A DNA stretch of 64,000 nt from Octopus vulgaris (Eukaryota), in assembly GCA_951406725.2 (NCBI GenBank), contig OX597818.1, positions 119,350,001 to 119,414,000 on the forward strand. Reading direction: 5' to 3'. Positions 42,110 through 56,911 of the stretch are shown here, one piece after another. The notes beneath the pieces are model-generated. The model was not told where the DNA came from. It did no database searches and was given only the letters and a program-made list of their open reading frames with translations. The position numbers and the translations under genes are program-made. Every line of letters begins with the position of its first letter. Within the stretch, counting starts at the first letter, position 1.

Positions 42110-42392
42110 TTTCTGTGAAAGTGTTAAAAGTGATGCTTGGGAGACACTTTTTTTAGCAAGACACTTTATTTTACGTTGCTCAGCTATAGAAATGAGTTGC
42201 GACGTCACAAGTGCCAATCTGTATCGTTCCTTTTGCCTTTCCCTTGGATAATACAGCTGGCATGGAGAGGGGAGGCTGGTATGTATGGGAGACTGCTGGT
42301 CTTCCATAAACAACTTTGCCCGGACTTGTACCTGGGAGGGCAACTTTCTAGATGCAGTTCCATGGTCAGTCATGACCGAAGTGGGTCTCACC
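42110..42392 (+). mobile_element. SINE family D-related body
   Basis: AGCAAGACACTTTATTTTACGTTGCTC motif followed by a different tail. Confidence 0.6.
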
Positions 42393-42954
42393 ATACTTGC
42401 ATATATAAAGAAGTGTGTGTGTAATTTCGTGTGTGAGTATGTGTGTGTAGAACATTCTGCGGTTTTTGGGGCTTTCCTCGGTATTTTTGAGCATTTGCAT
42501 TGAAATGAAATAAGGCAGTGTGTTCACTCTGACTTTGTCCAACGTTTTCGACATTATGACGTAGCATGCCACAGATCACCAACTGATGCACTTTATACTC
42601 ATAAGAGATCCGAAATGGAAGCAGCGAAGCTTACACACACATACACACACACACACATACACACACACACACACAAACACACACGTCTTAACCGATTATG
42701 TGAGCATACATGCATAGTTCTTCAACCAGATTCACTGCAATCTTCCACCGTAGTGGATTTTGACGGATTATTTATTGATTGAACTCTTAATAATTTTGGA
42801 TGTGTATTTTTTTAGTATTTCATGCTTCGTCGCCTTATATAGGGTGCGAGAAGTAGTTGATCACATTTTTGGCTGTTTAATAAAAACAATTTCAATGTAT
42901 CAAAAACGAAAGATATGTTAATAAAAATATTCTCGATAAATATTCTTATCAGAT

Positions 42955-43800
42955 TTTTATATGAATCCCCTTGTAACTTCGAAAGCTATTTCAAAGCAGG
43001 AGCAAAATCGCTGACATACCTGCACTAAATGATCCTTATTTATTTCGGACATTACCTAGACAATACCTATCTTTCAACAGCAATATCGGAGTCTACAAAT
43101 TTTGTGTTAAATGACTGTAAAGGTTGTTGTACAAACAATGTTAGCATATATGGGCTTTGTGAGAAGGCGTTCAGTCTTGTTGAAACACGTATGATCTTCC
43201 ACTATGTTCTTTATCCATCCAAGTTTAAGCAACTCCCTCCAGCAAATAAGAAGCTTTAATTATAACACCATGTGGAAAACTGTGAGGTGGTACGACACGA
43301 CCTTCCGTACACGCCACTCTCAAAACCATCACAGTTGCTGGAAATTCAGTGTGCATCATTCTGAGGACATCAGAATGATGTGCACATGATCACTTGTCAT
43401 TTCTCCAGTTAGGCCTATGAACTTAGTCGATGTTTTCCTTTTCTTACTTATGGGAGAATAATGAAACTGAGCCATATTCTTGAAAGTAACCGCTTGGCTC
43501 GGAACAAATGGTTTTCTTCCAACTTTGCAGGTATAAACTGGCATCGCCTCATCACATACTAGTTGTATTCAATGACTTCGTGCATCACACTTCTGACAAT
43601 CTGATTAGAAACTTAAATGTTATTAGCGATAGCCCTCATTGGTTTTACAGGATCATCATTAACTGCAACCTTTAGAGTGTTCAAACTTCCAGACCGTTTG
43701 TTTCCTTCTTTTTCGGATTAGATGCAGTTGGAGCTCTTTTGCCTGCAAGAGGTCTCCAAGCGCAGCCGACCTAAGAATGCAAAAGATCTTACAGCATTCA
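42955..43800 (-). mobile_element. Decayed maT/DD37D-type Tc1-mariner transposase relic
   Basis: Minus-strand fragments PATVMVLRVACTEGRVVPPHSFPHG, GRSYVFQQD, SQSP and VCQRFCSCFEIAFEVTRGFI match maT motifs; many frameshifts. Confidence 0.7.
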
Positions 43801-43894
43801 AATAGTTGTCAGTTTCTAAATCGCAGTGACAAAACTTTTTTAATTAGATTGAAAAGAGTAATATACTGATAATTAAGTGTACTCAAATACACTT

Positions 43895-43948
<54 letters not shown>

Positions 43949-44053
43949 ATTTAGGAATGGTCATGTTGACAGTTTAGCCAATAAAAACACACGCACTATA
44001 TATTTGGTGTGAATTTGCTTATTTATTTTTTACATTAATCTTAATCTTATTTC

Positions 44054-44098
44054 GGCCAGAGTCGTTTCGTCACACTTCTGTGACCTCATCAGTGGTCC
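44054..44098 (-). ncRNA. Hammerhead motif with intact core but broken stem III
   Basis: Minus strand: ggacca CUGAUGA g gucaca-gaag-ugugac GAAAC gac UC uggcc. 6-bp stem II; C-C mismatch in stem III. Confidence 0.6.
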
Positions 44099-44168
44099 TT
44101 TGCGTTCTTCTTTCTTATATATACACATATAATACATATACATATACACACACACACACATATACATA

Positions 44169-44212
<44 letters not shown>

Positions 44213-44481
44213 TATACATATATATGTGCATATATATATATGTATGTATGTACGTATGTATGTACATACAATTATTATTATTATTATTATTATTATAATT
44301 TAAAACAGTTTGAAAGAGACGGGTTTCTGTTATAGACCTACGAAACCTTAAGTTGCATAGAGCCGAATGAAGCTGTAATAATTAATAATACTTGTAACTC
44401 CTACTAAATGTAATGAGTACATTGTTTTGTTTCCCCACTCGCTTGCATATACAATGTGTGTGGACATATGCATATACACAC

Positions 44482-44577
<96 letters not shown>

Positions 44578-45003
44578 GCAAATAGTCAGGCAGAGAGAAA
44601 GAACTTTTTGTTGGCACTGCATGGCCACATGGTTAAACGTTTTGCGTCGCGTACGCGAGATCCCGTGATCAGTGACGCTGCATGTCATCTGGGACAAATA
44701 TCAATGTCTATAGACTTGGATTGATCCCGTATTCTCTAGCCTTCGCTTGAGTGAAATTGAGGAAGAGACAGAAACTGAGAAGAAACTAGTTGGCTGAATT
44801 GTACTTGTTACTTTAGACGTACAGCCTCGTCTGTCTCGCTCTGTATTACGCTTGTCAATAAGCATTCAACTCTGTGAAAGTACATGTTACATCAGGAGGC
44901 GCTGATTCAGTTCTTCCAACAAATGAATTCTACTCGTCTAGCAACAGAGATAATTCGCTAACATCCCCCACCATATCTAATTCTATAACTATCCTTCTAT
45001 CCC

Positions 45004-45492
<489 letters not shown>

Positions 45493-46466
45493 ATTGAATA
45501 CTTTGCTGGTATCTCTTGGCTGATACCATACAATTCTCATCTAGAAAAGCTGATATTACTACACATACTTTGGAATTACTGTTTATTATAGCTAATCACT
45601 ATTCAAATCACGGAAATCTATGTTTGTTAGTAGACACACTCACACAAACACATACACCCAACATACACATATATATATATACTTATAAATGTGTATATAT
45701 TTATATATATATATATATGTACAAATATATGTGTATATATATGTACATATATATATATATACATATACATCTACATATACATATACATATGTGTAATATA
45801 TACATATATAATATATATATATATATATTTATATATATATGAAGACATATACGCACATACATACCGAAATCACACATGATAAATAAATATTATTCATAGA
45901 ATGTCTCTGCAGACGTGAACATGTAAACAAGCGTCCACAATTTTACCTGTTACCTAGAGATAAGCACCAAAATCCAATATGAAGCTTTAACAAACTGTCC
46001 TTTTAACTCTGCAGTATATTCCGATAACAATTACAGTTTATCAATGTTTGATCAATGTCTAACATCACATTTCGATAGATTCCAGATATCAATCATAGCA
46101 ACTCTGTCACAATTCTTCGTTCTGTAATAACTTTCTCGATGATGACCATCTCAGGGGAAGTATAAAATATATGCAAGTCTGTCGTAATCATAATCATAAT
46201 CGCCATCATCATCAGTATCAGCAGCAACAACATCGATAAACGGGACGAAAGCAGAAGCTACAACGAATATCATAGAAGTAGTAGCAGAAGCGGGGATATT
46301 AGCAGAAAGGATGCTGCTTATCTTCTTTCTCGTCTCTTTTTCGTCATTGTCAATATTATAATCATCATCATCAACATCAGTAAACTCGTTGGTATTATCA
46401 ACGTCTTCAGCTATCACATTTTCATGATCGCCATCGCCATTGTCAACATGGTCATTAATGGATCGT

Positions 46467-47340
46467 TGTCATCATCATCATCATCATCACCATCATCATC
46501 GTCGTCGTCGTCGTCGTCGTCGTCATCATCGTCATCATCACCATCATCATCATCATCATCATCATCATCGTCATCATAATCATCATCATCCTCATCATCA
46601 TCATCATCATCATCATCATAATCATCATCATCATCATCATCGTCGTCATCGTCATCATCACCATCATCATAATCATCATCATCATCGTCATCATCCCCAC
46701 CACCACCATCATCATCATCAAAATCATCACCGTCATCACCATCATCATCATCATCATAATCATCATTATCATCATCATCGTCGTCATCATCATCATCATC
46801 GTCGTCGTCGTCATGGCCATAGTCACTATCAATGCTACCCCTCACCACCATCACCATTTCCACCGCCACCCCCACTACCATAGCCATCGTCTTCAACACC
46901 ACCACGGTAATCATCATTATTACCACCACCATCATCAACATCATCATTCTCAGCATCATCATGACCATACTAAGCAAACGCCACCACCACCACCACCACC
47001 AAACATCCTTACATTCTTCACCACCACCTTCACCGTTATAATCATCGTTATTACCAAGTCATCATCATCAGCATCATCATTATCACGATCTTCATCATCA
47101 TCCCCGCCATCACCACCACCATCACCACCCGGGAACGTCGCCATCATATACACCAGCATTGCAGTTTCCATTTATCATCATCATCATCATCATCATCTAC
47201 AAGGAAGTCTTCAGCATCAATATAACAATCACCATCCTTATCCTCATCACCATCATAACCGCCGTTTCCCCTCACCAACTTCCAACATCACCACCATCTC
47301 TATCGTCACCATCTTCATCATCAATCAACACCACCACCAC
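46467..47340. repeat. Degenerate (CAT)n/(CAC)n/(CGT)n trinucleotide tract
   Basis: Direct reading. Confidence 0.93.
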
Positions 47341-48195
47341 GCCCTCCTGGTAGTCTATAATGAGCCTCATCGGTTTGTTCATATTTTTCATTAATATTGT
47401 CATGCTCAGCCAGCGACTCCTGTTCTCACTTATACAACCATGTGATATCCATTTTTCTCTCCTCGCATTCCATTTATTTCGTTTTCTCCTTCCCCACTCC
47501 CTCTCTTTCCCCACCTCTCTCTCTCTCTCTCTCTCTTTCGTCTTATTTACTTTATTTTCTTGTTTCCTTTTAATGTCTTACAACCATTTTCATTCCTGAT
47601 TGATTTCCATACAAGAATAACCGTTTCCTCTCTTCTCTCCGAAGGGAAAAATATAGGCTGGAGATACTTATTGTAATGTCATTGTGATTCAGGCTTTGAT
47701 CTAAGCCTTCATTTCATTTCTCTTTTCTTCTTTGCATGTCTCTGTGGCTTTTAACTGTTCAAATGCCATTACGCATCAACTGCACTACAATATTGGTCCG
47801 AATGTGTAAACTAAAAATGATACATTCAACAATGCATTTTGATTTGTTTTATTTTACTTTCTTTATAAGTACTTTTGTATTCTCTTTTCCTGGGTCTGTC
47901 TGTGTCTCACTCTCTCTATATACATCTCTTCGTCTCGCAGTATCTTTCTTGTGTACATAGAGAAAAACGTTCATACATGCACACACATAGACATATTTCT
48001 GACCGTCTGTATTTTCACATATAAATGTGTGTGTGTATGCGTATTCATGTACGTATAAACACATACCTGCATATACACATACACGCATATATATTATGTA
48101 TTCGGGCATACGTGTTCACACGCACACACTCACATATATATACATATACATAAATACATATATCACATTATATTATATATATAACATAATAATAG

Positions 48196-48229
<34 letters not shown>

Positions 48230-48278
48230 ATATATATATACATACATACATACATACATGCATACATACATACATACA

Positions 48279-48314
<36 letters not shown>

Positions 48315-48371
48315 TCAAACTCAGCTGCAGTCAAATGACTGAAACAAGTATAAGATGAAATATATATATAA

Positions 48372-48402
<31 letters not shown>

Positions 48403-48804
48403 AACTTAGATCCTTTTTTTAAAGTTTTGCAGTTGTTTGTCAATCTTCACACAATGACCTTCTTACTCCCCGACTGAAGATCCTTTTGTTCAAGTGACAT
48501 ACAGACTCTACAATATGCATCCCCACCAAATCTAAATGACAATAGTTATTTGGTTATAATAAGCTGACAGAATCATTAGGGTATAGAAAAATGAGCTTTG
48601 CAGCTTTTAGTCCAGCAAGAAGTGTCACAGTTTTGCAGTGAAAGGTTGAGATTTGAACCCATAATTCACAGAGTTTATGCAAGGCATCCTAAAATGCGCA
48701 GGGCTGGTTCAGATGGTGCAATCAACTGCTCTGGAATGTTATGTGTTTTTATTTAAAAGGATAAAAATCATAAAAAGGATAAAAAGGATAAAATATATAT
48801 ACGC

Positions 48805-48909
<105 letters not shown>

Positions 48910-48974
48910 TATATATACATATATATATATGTATGTATGTATATACATATATAAATATATATATGTATATATAT

Positions 48975-49350
48975 AATAATAAATATTAGGAATAAATCCA
49001 AATTTACAGGGAAAAATGAGATTTAGGATTGAATCCAATTTTATAGTAAAATATAATATAATATTAATTAGAGACAAAACCACTATTATGCAAATCAAAC
49101 AAAGAAAGACTTTACCCAATACATAAAAAATTTTATATAAATTAAATAAAATTAAGTTATCCACTACAATTGTTTCCTGTCACTTCTAAGGACATTCATC
49201 AGGTGGTTTCAAGACCTTCTATTCAATTTTAAATTGAATAGAAGTGGATAACTTATTTTTATTTAATTTATATAAAAAAATTTATGTATTGGATCAAGTC
49301 TTTCTTTGTTTGATTTGCATAATAGTGGTTTTGTCTCTAATTAATATTAT
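48975..49350. mobile_element. Penelope-like pseudo-LTR / retrozyme-like insertion with 108-bp inverted arms in (TA)n
   Basis: Arms 49058-49165 and 49243-49350 are inverted near-identical copies; hammerhead at the inner end; flanked by TA microsatellite. Confidence 0.65.
49161..49206 (-). ncRNA. Minimal type I hammerhead ribozyme
   Basis: Minus strand: ccac CUGAUGA a uguc-cuuagaagu-gaca g GAAA C-aauu-GU A gugg. Stem I ccac/gugg, stem II uguc/gaca, palindromic stem III, GUA triplet. Confidence 0.8.
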
Positions 49351-49359
49351 ATGTATATA

Positions 49360-49439
<80 letters not shown>

Positions 49440-49461
49440 ATTATACATATATACATATATA

Positions 49462-49745
49462 GCAAGGTATGAGAGGTATTGGTACCCAGAAGATCCAAGG
49501 TGGCAAGTAAAGCTATGTAAATTGTATGAAAGGACCGTGGTTAAACTCACGGTTCCATAATATTGCCCGTGAGGGAGTCTAATGCGGATCTTGTATAGAC
49601 ATGTATATGTTAAATAAAATGAGACAACAAAGCCAAGTCTGTGTGGAATTTTTAGGACATTTATAAAGAGAAAGTTAGTCTTGCAGTTTCTTTTGGGATA
49701 TCCCTTCATTAGAGACGATGTGAGATGGTTAAATGCAGGGAAATA
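49462..49745 (-). mobile_element. Short TA-flanked element with decayed hammerhead (49678-49716); related copy in opposite orientation at about 60055-60243
   Basis: Minus strand gucu CUAAUGA a ggga-ua-uccc aaaa GAAAC ugc a agac; shared end 'atgagaggtattggt..agaaga.cc' with the 60 kb copy. Confidence 0.45.
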
Positions 49746-49807
49746 GTAGAGTTGAATATATGAGTTATTTTGGAAAAGGATGGAAATAAGCAGCATGAAT
49801 GTGTGTG

Positions 49808-49910
<103 letters not shown>

Positions 49911-49929
49911 AAAAATAGATAGATAGATA

Positions 49930-49979
<50 letters not shown>

Positions 49980-50394
49980 GTCATATTCAGGTTTAGTTTC
50001 CCATTTCATATCATATGTCGAAACACTGTCGTCACAGAATCCATTGCTCATATCAGCCAATTGTGATAAAACTCATCGTAAAACGCAGAAGTTATTCTCT
50101 TATGATTAATATATTTTTTGTCTAAAAACGCTTAGATTTATTGACAAAGAATTCTACGTTGGTCTTTATAATACTTTTGACGTCCCATATTCATAACTCT
50201 AGATCAATATAGTACCAATATAGTCTGTTCACCAAAATAACGAAATGCATTCTTCACACGACTAATGCAGATACATATGTATGTAATATAATATATTTTA
50301 TCTATGTTTTAAATATATAATATATATGTTTTAAATATAAATATGTATATACATACATACACACACACACATATATATATATATAGATAGATAA

Positions 50395-50444
<50 letters not shown>

Positions 50445-50593
50445 GCATAATTACATACATACATATATACGTGTAAATATACATACGTAAATGTACATAC
50501 CTATATTATAAAATAATATATATAATGCATTTATATGTTATAACCTCACATATATATAACGTACACGAAAATATACTTAAATATAAGCAAAAC

Positions 50594-50642
<49 letters not shown>

Positions 50643-51364
50643 TGTGTGTGTGTATGCGTGAGTGTGTGTTTGAATGTGTATATAACTACATACATGTTTG
50701 TGTGTGTAGATATGAATATATGTGTGTATATATTCACACACATTTTATGTATACAGCAGCTACGCTGAAGTCACCGACAGTTACATTACATGTTCCTCGT
50801 TGCTCTAAGTATTATGAGCAGCGAGAGAATTTATTAATAGTGTTGCATACTTGTATTGAGAATTAACATTCTACGCATGTGTTAATCTATCCGCGTATCT
50901 TTACGTATATTTCTATCCGTTCCCACATTTAGTGTATGTCATAGTAGCTGGGTAATAATAAGCATTGCATGGCTCATTTCCCATTGCTCTTAGTTACATT
51001 AAGAGAAACTAGGAGTTTTTATTATTATTAGTGATGTCAGCTGGAAATTACATACATGTATATAGATTTGTTTTTTTATTTTTGTTTTTGTCATTCTTTA
51101 TTGGTGGTTTAATAAAATATGTCGAAATCTACTACAAGGAACGAAATAATATTGATTATATCCTCCCACACATATGACATCCCGGGCTAAATATTTTAAA
51201 AGTCATCATTATGGTTAATATTGAAGCATATTATATTCGATAGCCATGATCTAATCACGCTTCCGCTAGCGCATTCAGCCCACTACGCATGCGTGAAAAT
51301 TGAACATATATAACTATGCCTGCAAAAACTAATAACTGCGTCCTAATTCGCTCGTTCAGCATAA

Positions 51365-51425
51365 ATATTTTAATGCAGTTTGGCGGAATCTGTTTTACAG
51401 ATTCCGCTAAACTGAATTGAAATAT
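51365..51425. repeat. About 29-bp hairpin
   Basis: cagtttggcggaatctgt-ttt-acagattccgctaaactg core with paired flanks. Confidence 0.9.
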
Positions 51426-52055
51426 GCACTATTTCTTTTGCACTATTTAATGATTTGTCTTTTTTTTTTATATATACGTCCAGTCCATCCTCTTTTATTT
51501 CTGTTGCCGAATCTTGTACGAAACGCGATATGTTGACAACAAGTCATCCCCACAATTATGAAACTATATCTTTCACGTCAGATCTTATATGCTCTTTGCT
51601 GTGAATAATCATCTTTCTCACAGTGTAGAGAAAAGAGAATTGTTTGATGACTTTTACATTTTAGTACCTTTCATAATGCCCTTTGTCTTTCAACTTTCAG
51701 CCATTAGCAGCAGTCTAATGGCTAAAACAAGCAAAAGAAAAAAAATTGTTCACCAGATTCTTTCTCTAAATTCATTTTTCTCTACATTACATCATAAATA
51801 TAACCAAAGCGCCGTTTGACCAATCACTGCACTTCTGAAGATATGAAAGAAAAAAAGAAAAAAAAAACAAACGCTGCCAATATTTGTAACGGTCATGATC
51901 TTTCTACGACTGAGTGACACGCCTAACGGAAAATTACCTTGAACCTTTTTTAATAGCGCAGCCCCCCAAATAATGATTGACGTCTCATGCGGCCTACTTC
52001 TCGATAATGCTTGCCATACTTGGTTTATATGGTTCAACGAATAATTCTCTCCACT

Positions 52056-52241
52056 ATTTACATTATTTACATTTGACGAATATTTGTCCCCGTCTTGTTT
52101 GTTGTTAACACAACGTTTCGGCTGATATACACTCCAGCCTTCATCAGGTGTCTTGGGGAAATTTCGAACCTGGGTTCTCATTCCTAAGGTATTTTTCCAT
52201 GTTATTATTATTGTTATTATTATTACTACTACTACTACTAC

Positions 52242-52296
<55 letters not shown>

Positions 52297-52300
52297 ATTT

Positions 52301-52348
<48 letters not shown>

Positions 52349-52482
52349 CGCCATATAACCGTGGGCAATTATGTAGTGAATTTTTAGGGCATATAAATCT
52401 AATATTTTCCTGAAGGCTGGAGTGTATATCAGCCGAAACGTTGTGTTAACAACAAACAAGTTGAAGACAAATATCCGTCAAA
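52056..52482. mobile_element. Hammerhead-bearing short element (minus, 52056-52200) plus inverted partial copy (52411-52482); third fragment at 52997-53048
   Basis: Visible inverted homology between 52072-52143 and 52411-52482, separated by (TTA)n/(GTA)n. Confidence 0.65.
52107..52152 (-). ncRNA. Minimal type I hammerhead ribozyme
   Basis: Minus strand: gacac CUGAUGA a ggcug-gaguguauau-cagcc GAAAC GU U guguu. Loopless palindromic ACGU stem III, GUU triplet. Confidence 0.75.
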
Positions 52483-52710
52483 AAGTGAAGATTCTTTGGT
52501 AGCGTAACATAGTTGTTATGCATAATAACGGTGGAGTGGTGAAGCTAACAGTTGAAATGGAAAAACAGTTTTCAACGTGGAATGATATCCCAAAAGATGT
52601 TGAAGTTTTTATTCGTTTCGAAGCCATTCTGTCCTTTTAATTCGGTTTGTAAAATTAATGTGTTGAGAAAAAAGAACACCACAATCACGACCATAGCAGC
52701 AACATTATTA

Positions 52711-52928
52711 ATCCTTTCTAATATAGGCACAAAGCCTGAAATTTTTTGGAGGGAATAGACGATTTCAGCGTTCCCAGTCGATCACTGGGGCCTATGTAAT
52801 TAATTGACCCCGAAATGATAAAAGGCAAAGTCAACCTCAACGGAACTCGAAATCAGAGCGTGAAGCAGCAAGAAATGCTGCTTAGCATTTCTCTGCTGCT
52901 TGCAGATGACTCTGTCAGTTCAACGACT
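52711..52928 (-). mobile_element. Diverged SINE family B
   Basis: Homology to family B. Confidence 0.7.
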
Positions 52929-54450
52929 TTGTTATAAGACCAGCAGTTCTAGGACGTTGGGTAAGTCAAGCACATCGACCCCAGTTCTTTAATGGTACTC
53001 CAGCCTTCATCAGGTGCCTTGGGGAAATTTCGTACCTGGGTTCTCATTACGCCGTTATTTGGACTCAGAACAACACCATCAATATTGCTGCTGAGAGATT
53101 CTGCCGGCCGATTCTTGCAGCTGAATCGAAATGAAATTCTTAACCACACCGCACTCATAAGATTACATTTGCAAGTGTTATCAATTATAATTAATTAATG
53201 CTTCTTAATTATTTTCTTCTGTAAGACGGCTCTAATTGCCTTTATAAGATTTCAGTTGAATCAAATCACGTTCTTATAAACACGATAAAGAAACAGCAAT
53301 TGTTTTTAACTCTTATTCATTCGGGAAACATTCTGAAATAAAATGAAACACCTGTTGTATGCATATGTCCTTGGGTTTCCTTCTCTTTAATAAGCTTTAT
53401 CGATTAAGTGTTTGCTGTTTTTAATATGGAAGAGATTTTTGCCAGACAGTAATGGAGCCCCCATGTTGTCTTCTGATCTGTTGGAAATATCGACCAAATC
53501 TTCAAACTGATGAAATAGGAAGGATATTAAAACAATGTGGTCCTTGCTGTGTAATCCTTGTATTTAAATTAGAATATCCACGACTGGGACGCCCTTTGAT
53601 CACAAATACACCCGATTACATTAGATTCTGGCTGAACAACAATAAAAGAATGAGAGAGTATTTATATGAATATCTAACTTAAATTACTTTTACAGTTGAA
53701 AGTAAGCCCGAGAGTGCGCCTGATTTCTGTCGAGTTAGCACTCAGCATTTACACGTCAGTGTTATAACTGAAAACTTCCAGGCATGGCGGAGGATATGCG
53801 TACATATATAATAGTGGCAATGAATATTCCGATCGTAAAGTTGTATACGAGATTGAGTCAAAAGATATTTCAAGCTTTAATATAGTTCAAAGATATCACA
53901 AATAAATAGATAGGTAGATACATACACACACACGCATATTATGTACGTACTTAGGGTAAATTCCTTCCAATAGGAAATTTCTCACATGGCTAACTAACAT
54001 GTAAAAGTTCGTAATTCCTATTAGCAAATGAAACAAAACAAGCGTAATGGTGAATACAAAATAGCAAAATAATGTCCATTCTTCCTGTTTTGTAATTAAC
54101 ATTTCGAAACCTCATGTATACAAGAATTATCTACTTTCGGGGGTAAAATTACTATAAGTTACCATTAACATCCGAACCTACTTCGAGATATTTATTATCA
54201 CAACACCATTTCTAAACATAAATGTAAAAGTAAAAATGGGTTCTAGAGAAGAATATCTGGACTCCATTAAAGTTAAAAATCATTGTCACCTACGAGACAT
54301 TTTAATTTGTTCTGCATTGATTTTGTAATAACTCAGGATATAAAAATGTGTGAGCTTTCATTTATTTATTTATTTTTTATCTTTCTCAACATTAAATTGC
54401 AAGTAATATGGCGTTGAAACAAGTTACATTTCAATAAATAAACATTCATA

Positions 54451-54512
<62 letters not shown>

Positions 54513-54513
54513 A

Positions 54514-54604
<91 letters not shown>

Positions 54605-55670
54605 AATATATGTGTGTGAGTGTGTGTGTATGTACGTGTGTATATATATATATATATATTTATATGCATATATGTATGTACATGTATATATATTGGAAGT
54701 GTATATCTACATATATGTGTGTGTGTTTGTGTGTGTGTATTAAATGTTTTACATAGTAACGTCATTAATTAAAGTTTTTTTTTATTAAAATTTCTCGCAC
54801 TAACGGTTTTCAAACTAAAAGACAAAATGACTCAACAGGTTTTCATATGTTAAATGTTTAAAATGTATTAATTATTATTTGAAATGCTAACCATGTGTGT
54901 GATATATGTGTCTATGTGTGTGTGTGTGTGTGCCTGTCTGTGTCCGTGTCGATGTGTGCCTGAGTTTGTGTGTGTATAAATTTTCACATATTTTTGCCTG
55001 TGGAAATATGCATTTGTGTCTACATGTAATAAGTTATACATGTATGTATGTATATTAAACTGAACCATAGTTTTAAACATTCATTTGGAATTTTAAATAT
55101 TTCACACTGTTTTACTAAGATCAATAACAAAATAGATAATAAATTTAACATTTTGGAATATCGGAAAATGAGACATGTATAATATTATCAAGAGAAATAT
55201 ATAACCATCCTACGAGATACCGGTTTTAACAGAATATATTTTTATACCACGATTTCACGAAATGAATAGAATATTAAAGTTTTATGTTTTAGCTGGTAAC
55301 TACCATTCAGCTAACACACTATGTAATTTCCAGTGTTACTTTCAAAATAGTTTAGCTATATCTATGTAACGGATCCATTTCATAGCTTTTTATTTATTTA
55401 TACACTTATTTTCTGTCATGGAGGATTCTACAGAAAATTTTAGAGGCAATTAAATGCGTACACAAAAGAATACATAACACAAATCCTCTTTATTTTTTAA
55501 AGGAATATATGAATACCAATGAACATAAATGTACAATATGTGTATGTTTTTATCTAACTCTCTCACCAGATCTACCCATCTATACAAATATATATATATC
55601 TATGTGTGTGAGTGCGTGTGCATATGTGGATAAATATATTTATGAATGTACATAGATTATATATACGTAG

Positions 55671-55708
<38 letters not shown>

Positions 55709-56834
55709 AGCTAAGAATATTTATGAATTTATACAGAATATGAGTGTGTATATGTGTTTTCTTTATGGAATATTTATATGAATAAAATAGCATAAATCTG
55801 CAAAATCTATTAGTCGACGTTTTTGTCTGCATCATTGCTTTTATGTATATTCCTATCTATCTACACACACACATACACACACACAAACATACACATTAAC
55901 TCATACACATATACTAATAGACATATGTACATCCGATAGAAATATGCCTATCTATATATATATATATATATATATATGGATGGATGGATGTGGATGTGGT
56001 TTGCATGTAAAATTAACATGAATAAAAGATATTGAAATTAGAAAATCCAAATTAAATATAAACAAGTATATATGAATACCTAAATTATAATATTTACATA
56101 TTTGACTTCATATTTATACTGAAAATGTAAATATCTGAATTTCTAATTCTAAGTCAAATGGTTTTTCGTCGTTAATACTCTTAATATATAAATATAAGTA
56201 TAATACAGAGTCGGCGATCAAATTGATGCCTGATTCTGCATACGGAAATATATAGTACAACTATATTTCGTGTATAATTAATCATATTAAATTAAACAAA
56301 AAGCCACACCTGAGCTTATGGAAAAATGTTCTGTAACTATTTACCTATACACGTACACAAAAACACGTGCACATACTCGTGTATATATTTTGTTTATATA
56401 TATACACGCATATTTGCGTGCATGTGGCGATGTGTATGAATATGTATGTGCGTATATATATATATGGGCGCACATACACATTCCTACATAGGCCACACGC
56501 AGACAATATGCATGCCTACATACATGTATGTATGCCGGGATAAATGCATATATGTGCGTTTATATATATATATACACAAACTTACGCCATACACGCAAAC
56601 ACACGTATACACGCGCGCACAAGTAGATACATGTTTGCACGTTTGTTCTATATTTTTCACATATAACCACATATATTTATACATCCAAATATACTATACG
56701 TATGATGTATACATATGCTCTTTTTGTCTCATTATATATGTATGTATATGTAGATACGAATGGACATTCGTTGAGATATACATCTATGAATATAATACAT
56801 ACACATATGTACATATATATATGTATCCCTATAC

Positions 56835-56911
<77 letters not shown>

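Noticed and set aside
46414-47394. Poly-His / poly-Asp / poly-Met ORFs
   Set aside because: Open in most frames because they are CAT/CAC repeats; no convincing exon structure or non-repetitive domain.
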